Shown here in pieces: positions 10,350 through 20,438 of a DNA stretch of 64,000 nucleotides (position 1 is its first letter; each line of letters starts with the position of its first letter). The DNA lies in the NCBI GenBank assembly GCA_963668625.2, contig CAXXKA010000001.1, forward strand, positions 512,001 through 576,000, written 5' to 3'. Under the pieces are notes generated by a model that did not search any database, was not told the origin of the DNA, and saw nothing but the letters and a program-made list of their open reading frames with translations. The DNA comes from an uncultured candidate division Zixibacteria bacterium (lineage in GTDB: Bacteria > Zixibacteria > MSB-5A5 > UBA10806 > 4484-95). Position numbers and translations under genes: made by a program.

Positions 10350-11180
10350 TTAATCTTTGAGTTTGTTCTTCTCCTTAAGCTCTTGCTTTTTGGCGGCGGC
10401 TACATCCGATTTGATTCTTAAGGTGTCCTCGCCCAGAAGCGCGAATTTCAGCCAGTCGTATGCGAAATTCAATAGCTCAACATCATCATCTTTTATTTTC
10501 GCCGCGACATCATCGGCAACATCGAATTTCTCCAGAAAGCTACTCTCGAAAACGAATTTGCGGAATTTATCGAGGTTGTACACCGCCGTGAAAAACATCT
10601 CTATTTTCTCCGGGCGAAGGTTGCCGCCCTCGGTGAAAAACTTGTTCGTGGTCAGCTCTTTATATTTCTCGCCGGCCTCGTTGTATTCTATGATGCCCTC
10701 GTTTTCCAGCCAGCCCTGCACCGAAATCTCCCGGTCGGAGTCGAATCCTTTGCAGATCGATTCCTCTAAAAGGAAATAAAACTCCTCATCCAGCTCTTTC
10801 GAGTCCTCGCCGGGGGAGGCCATGCCCAGGGGATACATTCTGCAAGCCCAGGGACGGTCGCTGTATACGGTGCAACCCTCGGGCCCGACGAAGGGGCATG
10901 ATTTCTTCTCATCATCCAGCATCTTAAGCATGACGACGGGGTATTTCAGGTTCTCATCGAACGGTGAGATGGTATGTTCGGATAAAAAATCCTCCGAGGA
11001 CATGCCCAGCTTGGTTTTCAAGCGGAGAACATCATACGGCGTCAGGAAGATATTGACATCCGCGCAACAGGCGTTGAAACACGACACCCCGGGATGGCAC
11101 TTGAACGAGAATTTGCTCTCTAAATTCAGGCGGGGGTAGTCTTTTAAAATCGCTTCTTTAAGTCTCTCTATCTCTCTCAT
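10350..11180 (-). CDS. YkgJ-family cysteine-cluster protein
   Basis: CHPGVSCFNACC...CPF...GCTVYSDRPWACRMYP. Confidence 0.85.
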   Translation of the reverse strand: MREIERLKEAILKDYPRLNLESKFSFKCHPGVSCFNACCADVNIFLTPYDVLRLKTKLGMSSEDFLSEHTISPFDENLKYPVVMLKMLDDEKKSCPFVGPEGCTVYSDRPWACRMYPLGMASPGEDSKELDEEFYFLLEESICKGFDSDREISVQGWLENEGIIEYNEAGEKYKELTTNKFFTEGGNLRPEKIEMFFTAVYNLDKFRKFVFESSFLEKFDVADDVAAKIKDDDVELLNFAYDWLKFALLGEDTLRIKSDVAAAKKQELKEKNKLKD

Positions 11181-11191
11181 GATTGCTCCTG

Positions 11192-11467
11192 TTATTCGTT
11201 TTCATCCACGATGAAATCAGTCATCGCTTTATCCGACCACACCGGCAGCGGACCTGATTCGCCGCTTGTGGGGTTATAGCGGTGACGGTATGAGGCTTTT
11301 TGCTGGAACTGCTCCAACATCCATTTCCAGCCCTTGATAAAGTAAGGGCAGTCGTTGTTAAAACAAACGTACTGCAGGGCGCCGGTCCAGGTGGATTCAT
11401 CCGGCGGCTGCCACTCGGTCATTTTCTGTTTGCAGTACGGGCAGATGGTTTTATCTTCTGTATTCAT
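11192..11467 (-). CDS. Small zinc-finger-like protein
   Basis: CPYC...CFNNDCPYF; 11 nt upstream of the YkgJ gene. Confidence 0.7.
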   Translation of the reverse strand: MNTEDKTICPYCKQKMTEWQPPDESTWTGALQYVCFNNDCPYFIKGWKWMLEQFQQKASYRHRYNPTSGESGPLPVWSDKAMTDFIVDENE

Positions 11468-11576
11468 AGTATCATCATTCTTCTTACAAGTTTAACGTTT
11501 AACGATCTCGTTTCCTTCAACATCTACTCGGGGCGCTCTTTACGGGGCAGACGAGGATGTCTACCGTCCACTTAGA

Positions 11577-11642
11577 GTAGGTCGAAACCCCTGCGGTTTC
11601 GACGTTGTTGAAATTGTCAAGACCACAGGGGGCTTGACCTAA
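11577..11642. repeat. GTAG REP doublet (second REP family)
   Basis: GTAG-GTCGAAACC-CCTGC-GGTTTCGAC followed by an inverted degenerate copy; near-identical REP at 39557. Confidence 0.7.
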
Positions 11643-11737
11643 TCCATTTCACCAATTTTCAATTCCGTGGAATATAATAAGTTAGTATAGCTGATGAAAG
11701 TAATTTATGAGGTATTTTTGTGGAAAATGGCAAGAAA

Positions 11738-13159
11738 CTATTTCATCAACACCATTTTCTCTGTTTTTGTAATCTCATCAACGGCCAGCTTATAGAAATA
11801 CACCCCCGAGGGCAGATCACCGGCATGCCATACCGCTTGATGATGCCCTGCCGGCTGAGTGGTGCTAATCAGCGTTTCGATTTTACGACCGAGAACATCA
11901 TATACCTCAAGCGAGATATCCGCCTTCTCCGGTAGATCGTAGCTGATCGTGGTCGAGGCGTTGAATGGGTTAGGGTAGCTGGTGGTTGTGAGGTAGGGTA
12001 GAGGGGAACTGGTTTCGTCGATACCAGTGGCATTTTCAAGTTTAATGATTCTTATAATCGAGTCGCAAATATAGAAAACTTCATCAGTGCCATCGAAATC
12101 TATATCCTCGGTAAGAAGATCATTATAAAGTACCGGAGCATCTCCAAATGTATATCTATAAAATGATAAATCCGTGTTTAATAATTCCATGTAGCCATTC
12201 AATTTTCCAATAATTACTTTTGCTTCGTGTTCTATATCAATATACTGGGCATAAGTATTCCCTACTGGAACTGCTCTAAAAAAATATTGTGTATCATCGA
12301 ATATATCTGAACAGACCAATACTTTTCCATTACCTGACAACAAAAGCTGATATGTATTGTTTGAAGAATCGTACATTGTATCTGAGCTTGAATAATTTTG
12401 AGCCTGACTACTAAAATCAGAAACAATCTCGAAATCTTCGTTATATAAACGTGCTATTCCACTATAGTCTATGCGGGGGTAGTGTCCGAACCACTGTAAT
12501 TTATCATTGCCTACAATAAGAAAGTAGTTAAAATTATTAATTCTAATATTGTAATGAGATGTTGGAAATCCACCACTTATAAATTCATATAAAAGGCTGT
12601 CTAATGCTGGATTAAATTGAAAAAGTCGACCGGTATCGCTAGTCGATTCAGAAGAAGGATAATGTTCAGCGATATATGCGTAATAGCTTCCATTGTCAAA
12701 TGGCAGATACCCAGCCATGAATGGTCCGCCCACGTAAGTGTATATGTACATACAGAAATCTATAGAATCTTGAGCTGTTACGTTCGGAACATCAACAAAT
12801 TTTAAGCGAAAATTATTCTCGTTATCCGGTAAATGCTCAACGATAAAACATCGCCAGACATCCAATGATTCAATATACTCAAGGTTTTCATACTTCCTGA
12901 ATTCGCTGTAATTGCTAATCCAGAGAGTATCTTTTGATGATCCATCGATTATATATGATCTTTCATCAGTTGCGATATAATAATCATAATACTCATCTTC
13001 ATTGAAATTGATAATCTTAAAAGATGTAATTAGACTATCTTCAACAATGAGAGAATCGCAGAGATTCATATTATAACCAGGGATTTGACCAGTACATATT
13101 ACGGGAATGATTGTTATAAACAAAAAAATGCAGGCTGAAAAGATAAATATTTTTCTCAT
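11738..13159 (-). CDS. Secreted FG-GAP-like beta-propeller protein with YPNPFN CTD
   Basis: Signal peptide from MRKIFIF (ATG 13159), DIDFDGTDEVF motif, CTD ending KMVLMK. Confidence 0.8.
   Translation of the reverse strand: MRKIFIFSACIFLFITIIPVICTGQIPGYNMNLCDSLIVEDSLITSFKIINFNEDEYYDYYIATDERSYIIDGSSKDTLWISNYSEFRKYENLEYIESLDVWRCFIVEHLPDNENNFRLKFVDVPNVTAQDSIDFCMYIYTYVGGPFMAGYLPFDNGSYYAYIAEHYPSSESTSDTGRLFQFNPALDSLLYEFISGGFPTSHYNIRINNFNYFLIVGNDKLQWFGHYPRIDYSGIARLYNEDFEIVSDFSSQAQNYSSSDTMYDSSNNTYQLLLSGNGKVLVCSDIFDDTQYFFRAVPVGNTYAQYIDIEHEAKVIIGKLNGYMELLNTDLSFYRYTFGDAPVLYNDLLTEDIDFDGTDEVFYICDSIIRIIKLENATGIDETSSPLPYLTTTSYPNPFNASTTISYDLPEKADISLEVYDVLGRKIETLISTTQPAGHHQAVWHAGDLPSGVYFYKLAVDEITKTEKMVLMK
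11787..11977. repeat. CTD-coding DNA repeat, copy A core
   Basis: 191 bp with one mismatch (by eye) to 14974-15164; also similar to 16396-16683. Confidence 0.9.
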
Positions 13160-13177
13160 TTTAGATATACCATCTTT

Positions 13178-13432
13178 CACTACTGTCCGGCCTTTCCATC
13201 TCGTTGCGAAGCGCTGCTTCTCAACGTGGCTTGTTTACCGGCAGAATGCGCATTCTACATGACTCAAGAAGGTTTCCAAGCAGCGCTTGGAAACCAGGAA
13301 ACTAAGCCTAACATCAGCAGGACATGTCAGGATGCATGATACGCTGAATATAATAATTATATCGGAAAATATTTTTCACTAACAATTCCAAAGAGAAATA
13401 TAAAAATTAGCGAAAAACACCGGACACTAGTG
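13178..13432 (-). mobile_element. 255-bp MITE copy 3 (subtype A), in the last codons of a CTD gene
   Basis: TIRs CACTACTGTCCGG / CCGGACACTAGTG; TSD ACCATCTTT. Confidence 0.95.
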
Positions 13433-14784
13433 ACCATCTTTCTAACATTAATTTCATTGTTAAACTTGACTGTTAAGAAATAAACACCAGTAGAAATATA
13501 GTTTTCATACGGCGACCAATTAAATGAATGCTCTCCTTCAGAAACATCACCTTCAAAAATATTCGCGACTTTTCTTCCAAGAACGTCAAACACCTCAATA
13601 TCCAATTTACCAGCAAAATTACAATACAGATTAATATTAGTATGGGCATTAAATGGATTTGGATATACAGTCGCTGAAAATGATTGCGGGAGATTTATCT
13701 TTTCATCGATATCCGTTTGCTCGATTTTCAGTTTCTCACAAATCAAATAATTATTTCTGCTAAATATAACTTCATCATACCCATCACCATCAATATCTCC
13801 TGCTGCCAATATTGATATCGGTTCAATGGGGCTTGAATGAGCTAAAACTTCCATATCCCCATTAAATAATACCATTTTATTTTGCCCTTCATGAATTGTA
13901 CTGATTATCAATTCATCGTGAAAATCACCTGTTACGTTTAATGCCTTAAAACAGGAAGAACTCGTATATTGTGGAAACTCTGCAGTACTATATGAATAGA
14001 ATTCTGTATCGGATTTATGGAGGATTAAGTGGTTGCTTGCATATAAGCAATAGGCGCTGTAAATAATATCATAGTCTGTTGAATCGTAGTTGCCAAAAGC
14101 ATGTTCAAAATTGACGTTCGAATCATAATCACAGTGAAGTAGAGTACGATCCGAAAGAAGATTGAAATCCAAATCATAAAAAAATATATACAAGTTTCCA
14201 TAACCTTCCAGGTTGCTTAAATAATCCCAGCCTATGCATGTATCATCATAAATATAAAAATTAGCACAGGGATAACCTATATATTTGGCTTCATAATCCC
14301 AGTTGCTTAGATTTATTTGATATCCAAAAGCTGCGGATATAAAATCAAGATAAGGAATATCATCTCTTCTGAAGAAATGAATATAACTTATTGGGTAAAT
14401 AAGGTATCCTGGCCACTCTAAATAGCCATCAGGATTATTTCCGAAATAAGTATATATGCTAATAGGAACCTCAGATGAATTTGTTCCGGCAAAATAATCA
14501 ATTAATCCGTCCGATTCAATATCCCCCATTTCTATGGCATTCATAGCACCGATACTTGTGTCTGCCCAGAGAATATCGCGGGTTGATCCATCATATATAT
14601 AGATGCCATTGTCGGTGCTTATAAAAATATCATCAGCATCATCATTATTTACATCATAGAGTTTTATACTCCTTGACGTGATTGAAATGCTATCAATAGG
14701 CTCAAACCTTAGCAAATCATATTGGGCGTGAGATGAAATTGAAAATAAGACGATTAGTACAATTATTTGATAGTATTTACTCAT
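13357..14784 (-). CDS. Secreted FG-GAP-like protein with CTD; C-terminus replaced by MITE sequence
   Basis: Signal peptide, DVNNDDADD and GDIDGDGYDEV motifs, YPNPFN; reconstructed ancestral end RKMVYLK*. Confidence 0.85.
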   Translation of the reverse strand: MSKYYQIIVLIVLFSISSHAQYDLLRFEPIDSISITSRSIKLYDVNNDDADDIFISTDNGIYIYDGSTRDILWADTSIGAMNAIEMGDIESDGLIDYFAGTNSSEVPISIYTYFGNNPDGYLEWPGYLIYPISYIHFFRRDDIPYLDFISAAFGYQINLSNWDYEAKYIGYPCANFYIYDDTCIGWDYLSNLEGYGNLYIFFYDLDFNLLSDRTLLHCDYDSNVNFEHAFGNYDSTDYDIIYSAYCLYASNHLILHKSDTEFYSYSTAEFPQYTSSSCFKALNVTGDFHDELIISTIHEGQNKMVLFNGDMEVLAHSSPIEPISILAAGDIDGDGYDEVIFSRNNYLICEKLKIEQTDIDEKINLPQSFSATVYPNPFNAHTNINLYCNFAGKLDIEVFDVLGRKVANIFEGDVSEGEHSFNWSPYENYISTGVYFLTVKFNNEINVRKMVTSVRCFSLIFIFLFGIVSEKYFPI

Positions 14785-14924
14785 TAAATTCCTCTCCTAA
14801 ATAATCTTTCTTTAATAATAATAGAAAAGTAAGAATAATAAACCTTTTCATCAACTCATTCCCAGATTAACAACCTTTCACTATAGTCTACAAATTAACA
14901 AAAAATAGTAGAATTAATAATAAT

Positions 14925-15164
14925 TTATTTCATCAAAACCATTTTCTCTGTCCGGGTATGTTCGCCGGTTGTTAGCTTATAGAAATACACCCCCGAGGGC
15001 AGATCACCGGCATGCCATACCGCTTGATGATGCCCCGCCGGCTGAGTGGTGCTAATCAGCGTTTCGATTTTACGACCGAGAACATCATATACCTCAAGCG
15101 AGATATCCGCCTTCTCCGGTAGATCGTAGCTGATCGTGGTCGAGGCGTTGAATGGGTTAGGGTA
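14925..15164. repeat. CTD-coding DNA repeat, copy B
   Basis: Near-identical to copies A and C. Confidence 0.9.
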
Positions 15165-16295
15165 AGCTGATATCGTAATACTGGAGGGGATTGATATTGG
15201 CTCATCCACATCAACAGTAATCACCTCGATATCATATATGTGAATCGCAGTTCGTTTAATTACTATTAGCTCATCGTATGGATCATCATCAATATTGCAG
15301 GTTAACCCGGGAGTAATGGACTCGCCTGGCTGAGCTATTCCCAGTATATCGCCTTTGCCGCTAAAAAGAATATTCACGGATGTTGTGGGAGCATTCACCA
15401 TACTGCATAGAGCTAAAAGCTCGGCATATTCGTTATCGGCGAAATTTCCAGCTAAAAAATAACCTACCGATGATAGACTGTCGTAATGGATACTATCGGT
15501 TTCCTCGAGCTCGCTATTACAGAAATGTAAAACCGGATCGGGTGTTTGCTCCTCCCAAATGCATTGAGCGGTATGTATGAATTCTATGCCGGGAGTATCG
15601 TTGAAATCAGCGAACGCCCGCGGAAAGTGCGTGTAATGATTCATATCACAGGATGCTAAAGTCTGGAAGATCAGGTCGTTAAGGTCGATATCCATAACAT
15701 AAGCGCCACAATATTCGCTGTAGTCATCCTCAGTATCGAATGTGCCGTAAATTAGGCTGTCCGTGTAATACATCGGATAATGCAGATCGTAATCGGCGAG
15801 ACGATCATATGTCAGCTCTTGAAGGTTCATCTTTAATATCCCGAACGAGGTCATGAAAACATAAGGTACGCCCTCGATACGATTAAAATGCAAATTATAA
15901 CAAGTGCCCGGCATAGGGTCGGGCCATTCGTAGATATTCTCTGTATCCATATCATATACAATGTAAAAATGACGGTAATATGGTTCGAGCGTTCCAACCA
16001 TCATATCGAGATCCCCGTCCGGTTCGATATCGGCAATCTCGATATCGGATATCGAACCCTCGAATGAGCTACATTGCCAGATCATCTCATTGGTAGTTAT
16101 ATCGAATATCTTTATCCGCGAATCATTCCCCACCACGATATCATCGATACCATCCCCGGTGACATCATACGGAAGTACGATATTCGATTCGGTACTGATA
16201 CTATCGATCAGGGGTATTGATAATAAATCATACTGAGCAAACAGGGGAACAGATAAGGCGAATATGACAAGTGCTATTTTAGCTATAGATTTCAT
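14925..16295 (-). CDS. Secreted FG-GAP-like protein with CTD
   Basis: Signal peptide, YDVTGDGIDDIVVG, ADIEPDGDLDM, YPNPFN...KMVLMK. Confidence 0.85.
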   Translation of the reverse strand: MKSIAKIALVIFALSVPLFAQYDLLSIPLIDSISTESNIVLPYDVTGDGIDDIVVGNDSRIKIFDITTNEMIWQCSSFEGSISDIEIADIEPDGDLDMMVGTLEPYYRHFYIVYDMDTENIYEWPDPMPGTCYNLHFNRIEGVPYVFMTSFGILKMNLQELTYDRLADYDLHYPMYYTDSLIYGTFDTEDDYSEYCGAYVMDIDLNDLIFQTLASCDMNHYTHFPRAFADFNDTPGIEFIHTAQCIWEEQTPDPVLHFCNSELEETDSIHYDSLSSVGYFLAGNFADNEYAELLALCSMVNAPTTSVNILFSGKGDILGIAQPGESITPGLTCNIDDDPYDELIVIKRTAIHIYDIEVITVDVDEPISIPSSITISAYPNPFNASTTISYDLPEKADISLEVYDVLGRKIETLISTTQPAGHHQAVWHAGDLPSGVYFYKLTTGEHTRTEKMVLMK

Positions 16296-16395
16296 ATAAA
16301 CACCTCTTTCACTAATTAAGCGTAATTATGAATATTGTCAATGATAAACTGCTCCGTATTGCTTGTATATTGCCAAATAAGCCCGGTTGAGAGGA

Positions 16396-16683
16396 TTATT
16401 TCATCAAAACCATCTTCTCAGTCCGGGTATGTTCGCCGGTTGTTAGCTTATAGAAATACACCCCCGAGGGCAGATCACCGGCATGCCATACCGCCTGATG
16501 ATGCCCCGCCGGCTGAGTGGTGCTAATCAGCATTTCTATTTTTCGACCAAGTATATCATATATCTCAAGCGAGATATCCGCCTTCTCCGGTAGATCGTAG
16601 CTGATCGTGGTCGAGGCGTTGAATGGGTTAGGGTAGCTGGTGGTTGTGAGGCAAGGGAGAGGGGAACTGGTTTCGTCGATACC
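16396..16683. repeat. CTD-coding DNA repeat, copy C
   Basis: Shares its linker with copy A and its last 16 codons with copy B. Confidence 0.9.
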
Positions 16684-17874
16684 TACTGTTTCCTCGGCTT
16701 TATAGATGTAAACCATGTTCCGATATAGGAAGAAAAACTCATCGGTACCATCATCATCGATGTCCTCGAAATGAAATGGTGAATTCATAAATGAATTGAT
16801 ATCGAATATCTCCCCATACAATGATAAATCGGAATTTAAAGCTACCGGGATATAGTATTCGTTATAGGTAAATATTTTAACTTCATTATTAAATATGAAG
16901 AATTTTGCGTTGTAGTCATCCTCAAGAAATAATTGGCAACTGACAAAGGAGGTACTATCGAAAATATTGTCATATACAATTAGAGTTTTGTCGTAGGAAT
17001 CTGGTTCCGACATTAAGTAAAGCTGCATTGGTGGTGTGTTTTGATCCTGCTGAAACATGTCAGCTTTAACATCAAGATGACAATAGTCATTATGATAGAT
17101 TTCGTATGAATAATCTATTCCCTGGTTTTCCGACATTATGATAGCCTTAGCATAATAATCATAATACCATATCCAGGGATCAACCCAACTCATCTCCTCG
17201 TGATAGTAATCACCTATGTGAAGAAGGTAATACTCGCCATTGTAAACGAATTCCTCATTGTTGATATAGCGGCCGCATTCGCGGAAATAATTATCATGAT
17301 TATGTTCATCAACTGAGTAAATTTCACCGTAATAATATGCCTCTCCTATATCAACCGCCCAACCATTGCAGCAATGCACATAAATTTTGTCAATGCCATT
17401 TAGATACCCTATATTATAAGAATTCCACCAACTGTAATCCCAATTTCCTGGTGACGATAAATATACATTAGTTAGGTAATCCATATGTACATTGGGAGGT
17501 TCAACCCAATAGATTGAATAAACATAGAAATCGTTAGTATTAACAGCATATAGCCTCCAAATATCCTCTGACTCAAGATGTACAATATTCGTAAGGTATT
17601 CAGTATCCCAGAAATCGCTTTGCCATATAGTTTCACCCGAATATCCATCAATAATGTTGGCGATATTATTATAATGGTAACGATCGCCATAGTAAAAATA
17701 ATCAGGATACTCATCGTTATTGTAATTAATAACGTCAAGTCCTACTGGATTTGATATGGGGAGCTCAAGTGAATCGTAAGGTACCAATTGAATTGCCGGA
17801 TTTTGAGCAAAAGAAATTTCTGCTATAAATACTAGAAACAAAACAATAAATAACCATTTTATATATCTGTTCAT
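16396..17874 (-). CDS. Secreted Tyr-rich FG-GAP-like protein with CTD
   Basis: Signal peptide, EDIDDDGTDEFF, YPNPFN...KMVLMK; GGAGG RBS. Confidence 0.85.
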   Translation of the reverse strand: MNRYIKWLFIVLFLVFIAEISFAQNPAIQLVPYDSLELPISNPVGLDVINYNNDEYPDYFYYGDRYHYNNIANIIDGYSGETIWQSDFWDTEYLTNIVHLESEDIWRLYAVNTNDFYVYSIYWVEPPNVHMDYLTNVYLSSPGNWDYSWWNSYNIGYLNGIDKIYVHCCNGWAVDIGEAYYYGEIYSVDEHNHDNYFRECGRYINNEEFVYNGEYYLLHIGDYYHEEMSWVDPWIWYYDYYAKAIIMSENQGIDYSYEIYHNDYCHLDVKADMFQQDQNTPPMQLYLMSEPDSYDKTLIVYDNIFDSTSFVSCQLFLEDDYNAKFFIFNNEVKIFTYNEYYIPVALNSDLSLYGEIFDINSFMNSPFHFEDIDDDGTDEFFFLYRNMVYIYKAEETVGIDETSSPLPCLTTTSYPNPFNASTTISYDLPEKADISLEIYDILGRKIEMLISTTQPAGHHQAVWHAGDLPSGVYFYKLTTGEHTRTEKMVLMK

Positions 17875-17944
17875 AAATTCCTCCCTGGAAAGTATGATGT
17901 ACTAATATAGAATATAAATTAACAAAATATATAGATTTGCCAAC

Positions 17945-17975
17945 AAAAAATCCCCCGCCCGAAAGGGCAGGGGAT
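17945..17975 (-). terminator. Intrinsic terminator after aprA
   Basis: TCCCC-GCCC GAAA GGGC-GGGGA stem plus T6 on the minus strand. Confidence 0.8.
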
Positions 17976-18007
17976 AGGATATCCAAAAATGAATGATCTA
18001 TCTGAGA

Positions 18008-19930
18008 TCAGCCACCCAGAAGCTCGTGCTCCTGAGCCTGAGGATAGACATGCAGCATCGGGCGTTTGGTCATTTCCCATTCGCCGGAACCTGGATTCCA
18101 GGTACAGTTGGCGAATACGTGCCAGTCGTTCTCATCCATGGTCGGGAAGTCGGCGCGACGGTAGTAACCGGGCCAACGAGTCTCTTCACGGAAGAGGATG
18201 GTACGGGTATGGGCCTCAGCCTGCCACATACGCTGGACATTCTCCCAGCAGCGAAGCAGTTCGTGCAGATCCTTGGCAGCCAGCTTGTCGGAGTCTTCTT
18301 TCAAGAAGACGAGCAGTTCGAGAGCTTTGTCGAGCATGGCTTTGTTGGTGCAGAATTGAGCGGAGACGCCACCAACATACTCATCCATGATTTTCTGCAA
18401 GCGGAACATGAACATCTTCGGTTTGATGTAGTTCGGGTTGGTCTCAGGATCGGTGGTATATTTGGCGTTAGCTTCGTAAGTATCCAGAGGCTTTAAGATC
18501 TCTTTCTTGTACTCTTCGGCTTTGGCCATATCGAAATTCGGCATGGAGTTATTGTCTGTGATGAACTTGACGGCGGCTTTACCCACAATACGACCCTCGG
18601 CGTGCGAGCCGGAGGAGAACTTGTGAGAGGAGGCACCGGAGGCATCACCGGCACAGAACAGACCCTTGACGGTCGACATGTGGTCGTAACCCCAGAAATA
18701 CTCGCTCTTGGTTTCGGCAGACTGTAAGTCTTCCGGACCGGAAACCCAGGCGCCTGAGGCACCGGAGTGCGAACCGATGAAATACGGCTCGGCAGCGGCG
18801 ATCTCGGAGGATTTCTTTTCGGGCTCTACATTGGAGGCGGCCCAGAGGATAGCCTGGGAGATAGTCATGTCAAGGAAGTCTTCCCATGCTTCAGCTTCCA
18901 GCTCTTTCAATTTTTTCTTGGCGGCTTTCTCGTCACCGGCTTCGGCGGCAATCTTCTGGATGGCTTCATCCGTACGCATGAAGATCGGACCTTTGCCTTC
19001 CATGGTGTCGAGCATGCCCAGCCAGTTACGCAGGTTGGCCGGAATCGGTTTTACCAAACCGTAAGGTTTCCAGTTCTCGAGCTCGGGACGACGCTCGATC
19101 ATATAGTTACCACCCATGGCGTTGGTAGCGGCTGATTTAAACAGCAGGAACCAGGCGCCGACAGGGCCATAAGCATCTTTAAAACGAACCGGGATGAAAC
19201 GGACTTCCTGGGAAGTCATCTCAGCGCCGGCGCGCAGGGTGAAGTAAGCGGAGGAGCCGGAGTTCCACGGGGGATACCAGGCGCGACCGAGACCCTCACC
19301 TGAGGAACGCGGTTTGAATACGTGAACAGCGCCGCCCATCGCGCAGATGGTGGCTTTGGCTTTGAAGATATAGAACTTGTTCTCGCGGGTCGAGAAACCA
19401 ACAGCGCCGGCAATGCGGTCGCCGTCAACAATCGGCTCGACGATGAAAACGCGTTCGAAGTATTCGCCACCGGACTCGGCCAATGCATTCTTGGCGGCCT
19501 CAGCGACGATAACTTTGTAGGACTCACCGTTGATCATGAGCTGCCAGCGACCCTCGTGCACGAAGTTGCCATCGGCATCTTTCCAGATCGGCAGACCCCA
19601 TTTTTCGAACAGGTGAACGGAGGAGTCAACGTGACGGGCGATATTGGCAACGAGATCCTCGCGGACAATACCCATCAAGTCCATGCGGACATAGTCGACA
19701 TAATCTTTTACGGTGTTTTTACCAGAGGTAATATCAACATACTGGTTGATAGCCGAAAGGCCCATGGCAACGGCGCCGGAGCGATCCATCGCAGCTTTAT
19801 CAACCAAGGTCACTTTAAGACCGTTTTTCTTAGCCCAGTAGGCGGCTTCCACGGCAGCGCCGCAAGAGGCCATACCACCACCAAGAATCAACAGGTCGGT
19901 GGTGACTTCTACATTTTCGAAATTCGCCAT
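18008..19930 (-). CDS. aprA: Adenylylsulfate reductase alpha subunit
   Basis: RSGAVAMGLSAINQY, WQLMINGESYK, GRAWYPPWN, RFKDAYGPVGAWFL, HKFSSGSHAEGR. Confidence 0.98.
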   Translation of the reverse strand: MANFENVEVTTDLLILGGGMASCGAAVEAAYWAKKNGLKVTLVDKAAMDRSGAVAMGLSAINQYVDITSGKNTVKDYVDYVRMDLMGIVREDLVANIARHVDSSVHLFEKWGLPIWKDADGNFVHEGRWQLMINGESYKVIVAEAAKNALAESGGEYFERVFIVEPIVDGDRIAGAVGFSTRENKFYIFKAKATICAMGGAVHVFKPRSSGEGLGRAWYPPWNSGSSAYFTLRAGAEMTSQEVRFIPVRFKDAYGPVGAWFLLFKSAATNAMGGNYMIERRPELENWKPYGLVKPIPANLRNWLGMLDTMEGKGPIFMRTDEAIQKIAAEAGDEKAAKKKLKELEAEAWEDFLDMTISQAILWAASNVEPEKKSSEIAAAEPYFIGSHSGASGAWVSGPEDLQSAETKSEYFWGYDHMSTVKGLFCAGDASGASSHKFSSGSHAEGRIVGKAAVKFITDNNSMPNFDMAKAEEYKKEILKPLDTYEANAKYTTDPETNPNYIKPKMFMFRLQKIMDEYVGGVSAQFCTNKAMLDKALELLVFLKEDSDKLAAKDLHELLRCWENVQRMWQAEAHTRTILFREETRWPGYYRRADFPTMDENDWHVFANCTWNPGSGEWEMTKRPMLHVYPQAQEHELLGG

Positions 19931-19952
19931 TTTTACAGTTTTCCTTCCCGTA

Positions 19953-20393
19953 TTAATTGATGGTGTAAAGCTTATCCAGTCTCAGAGCTTCGGGCTCCTG
20001 AGCCAGAATTTGGTCGTTCAAGTTATCATGAGCGGTTCCATAACCACCACTCGGTACGGCTTTGCCTTCCTCAGTGGTTCTGATCGGGAATTTAAAGCGT
20101 TTGAGCATTCCATTACGGAATTTAACCGTCCACATGATACTATCGGTCGAGCGCATCGGAGTGACAGCAGCATTCATCGGTACGAAATCTGCGTATCCGC
20201 GGATCTCGATAGCCTGCACCGGGCAGATTTTTACGCAGCTGTAGCATTCCCAGCACATTTCCGGTTCCTGATTGTAAGCTTTCATTTGCTCTTTGTTCAG
20301 AACCATCAAGTCGTTGGGGCAGATGTACTGGCAAGCAGTCTTGTCCAGAGCTTTACATCCGTCGCATTTATCAACGATTACGTAACTTGGCAT
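19953..20393 (-). CDS. aprB: Adenylylsulfate reductase beta subunit
   Basis: CDGCKALDKTACQYICPNDLM...CWECYSCVKICP...RGYADFVP...FKFPIRTT. Confidence 0.98.
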   Translation of the reverse strand: MPSYVIVDKCDGCKALDKTACQYICPNDLMVLNKEQMKAYNQEPEMCWECYSCVKICPVQAIEIRGYADFVPMNAAVTPMRSTDSIMWTVKFRNGMLKRFKFPIRTTEEGKAVPSGGYGTAHDNLNDQILAQEPEALRLDKLYTIN

Positions 20394-20438
20394 CCTACCT
20401 CCTTAGTAGATTAAACCTTCGTTATCTGTATTCTTTAT

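Noticed and set aside
11738-16683. CTD repeats as DGR template/variable repeats
   Set aside because: No reverse transcriptase in the window, all copies lie inside intact genes, and the differences are block-like rather than adenine-specific
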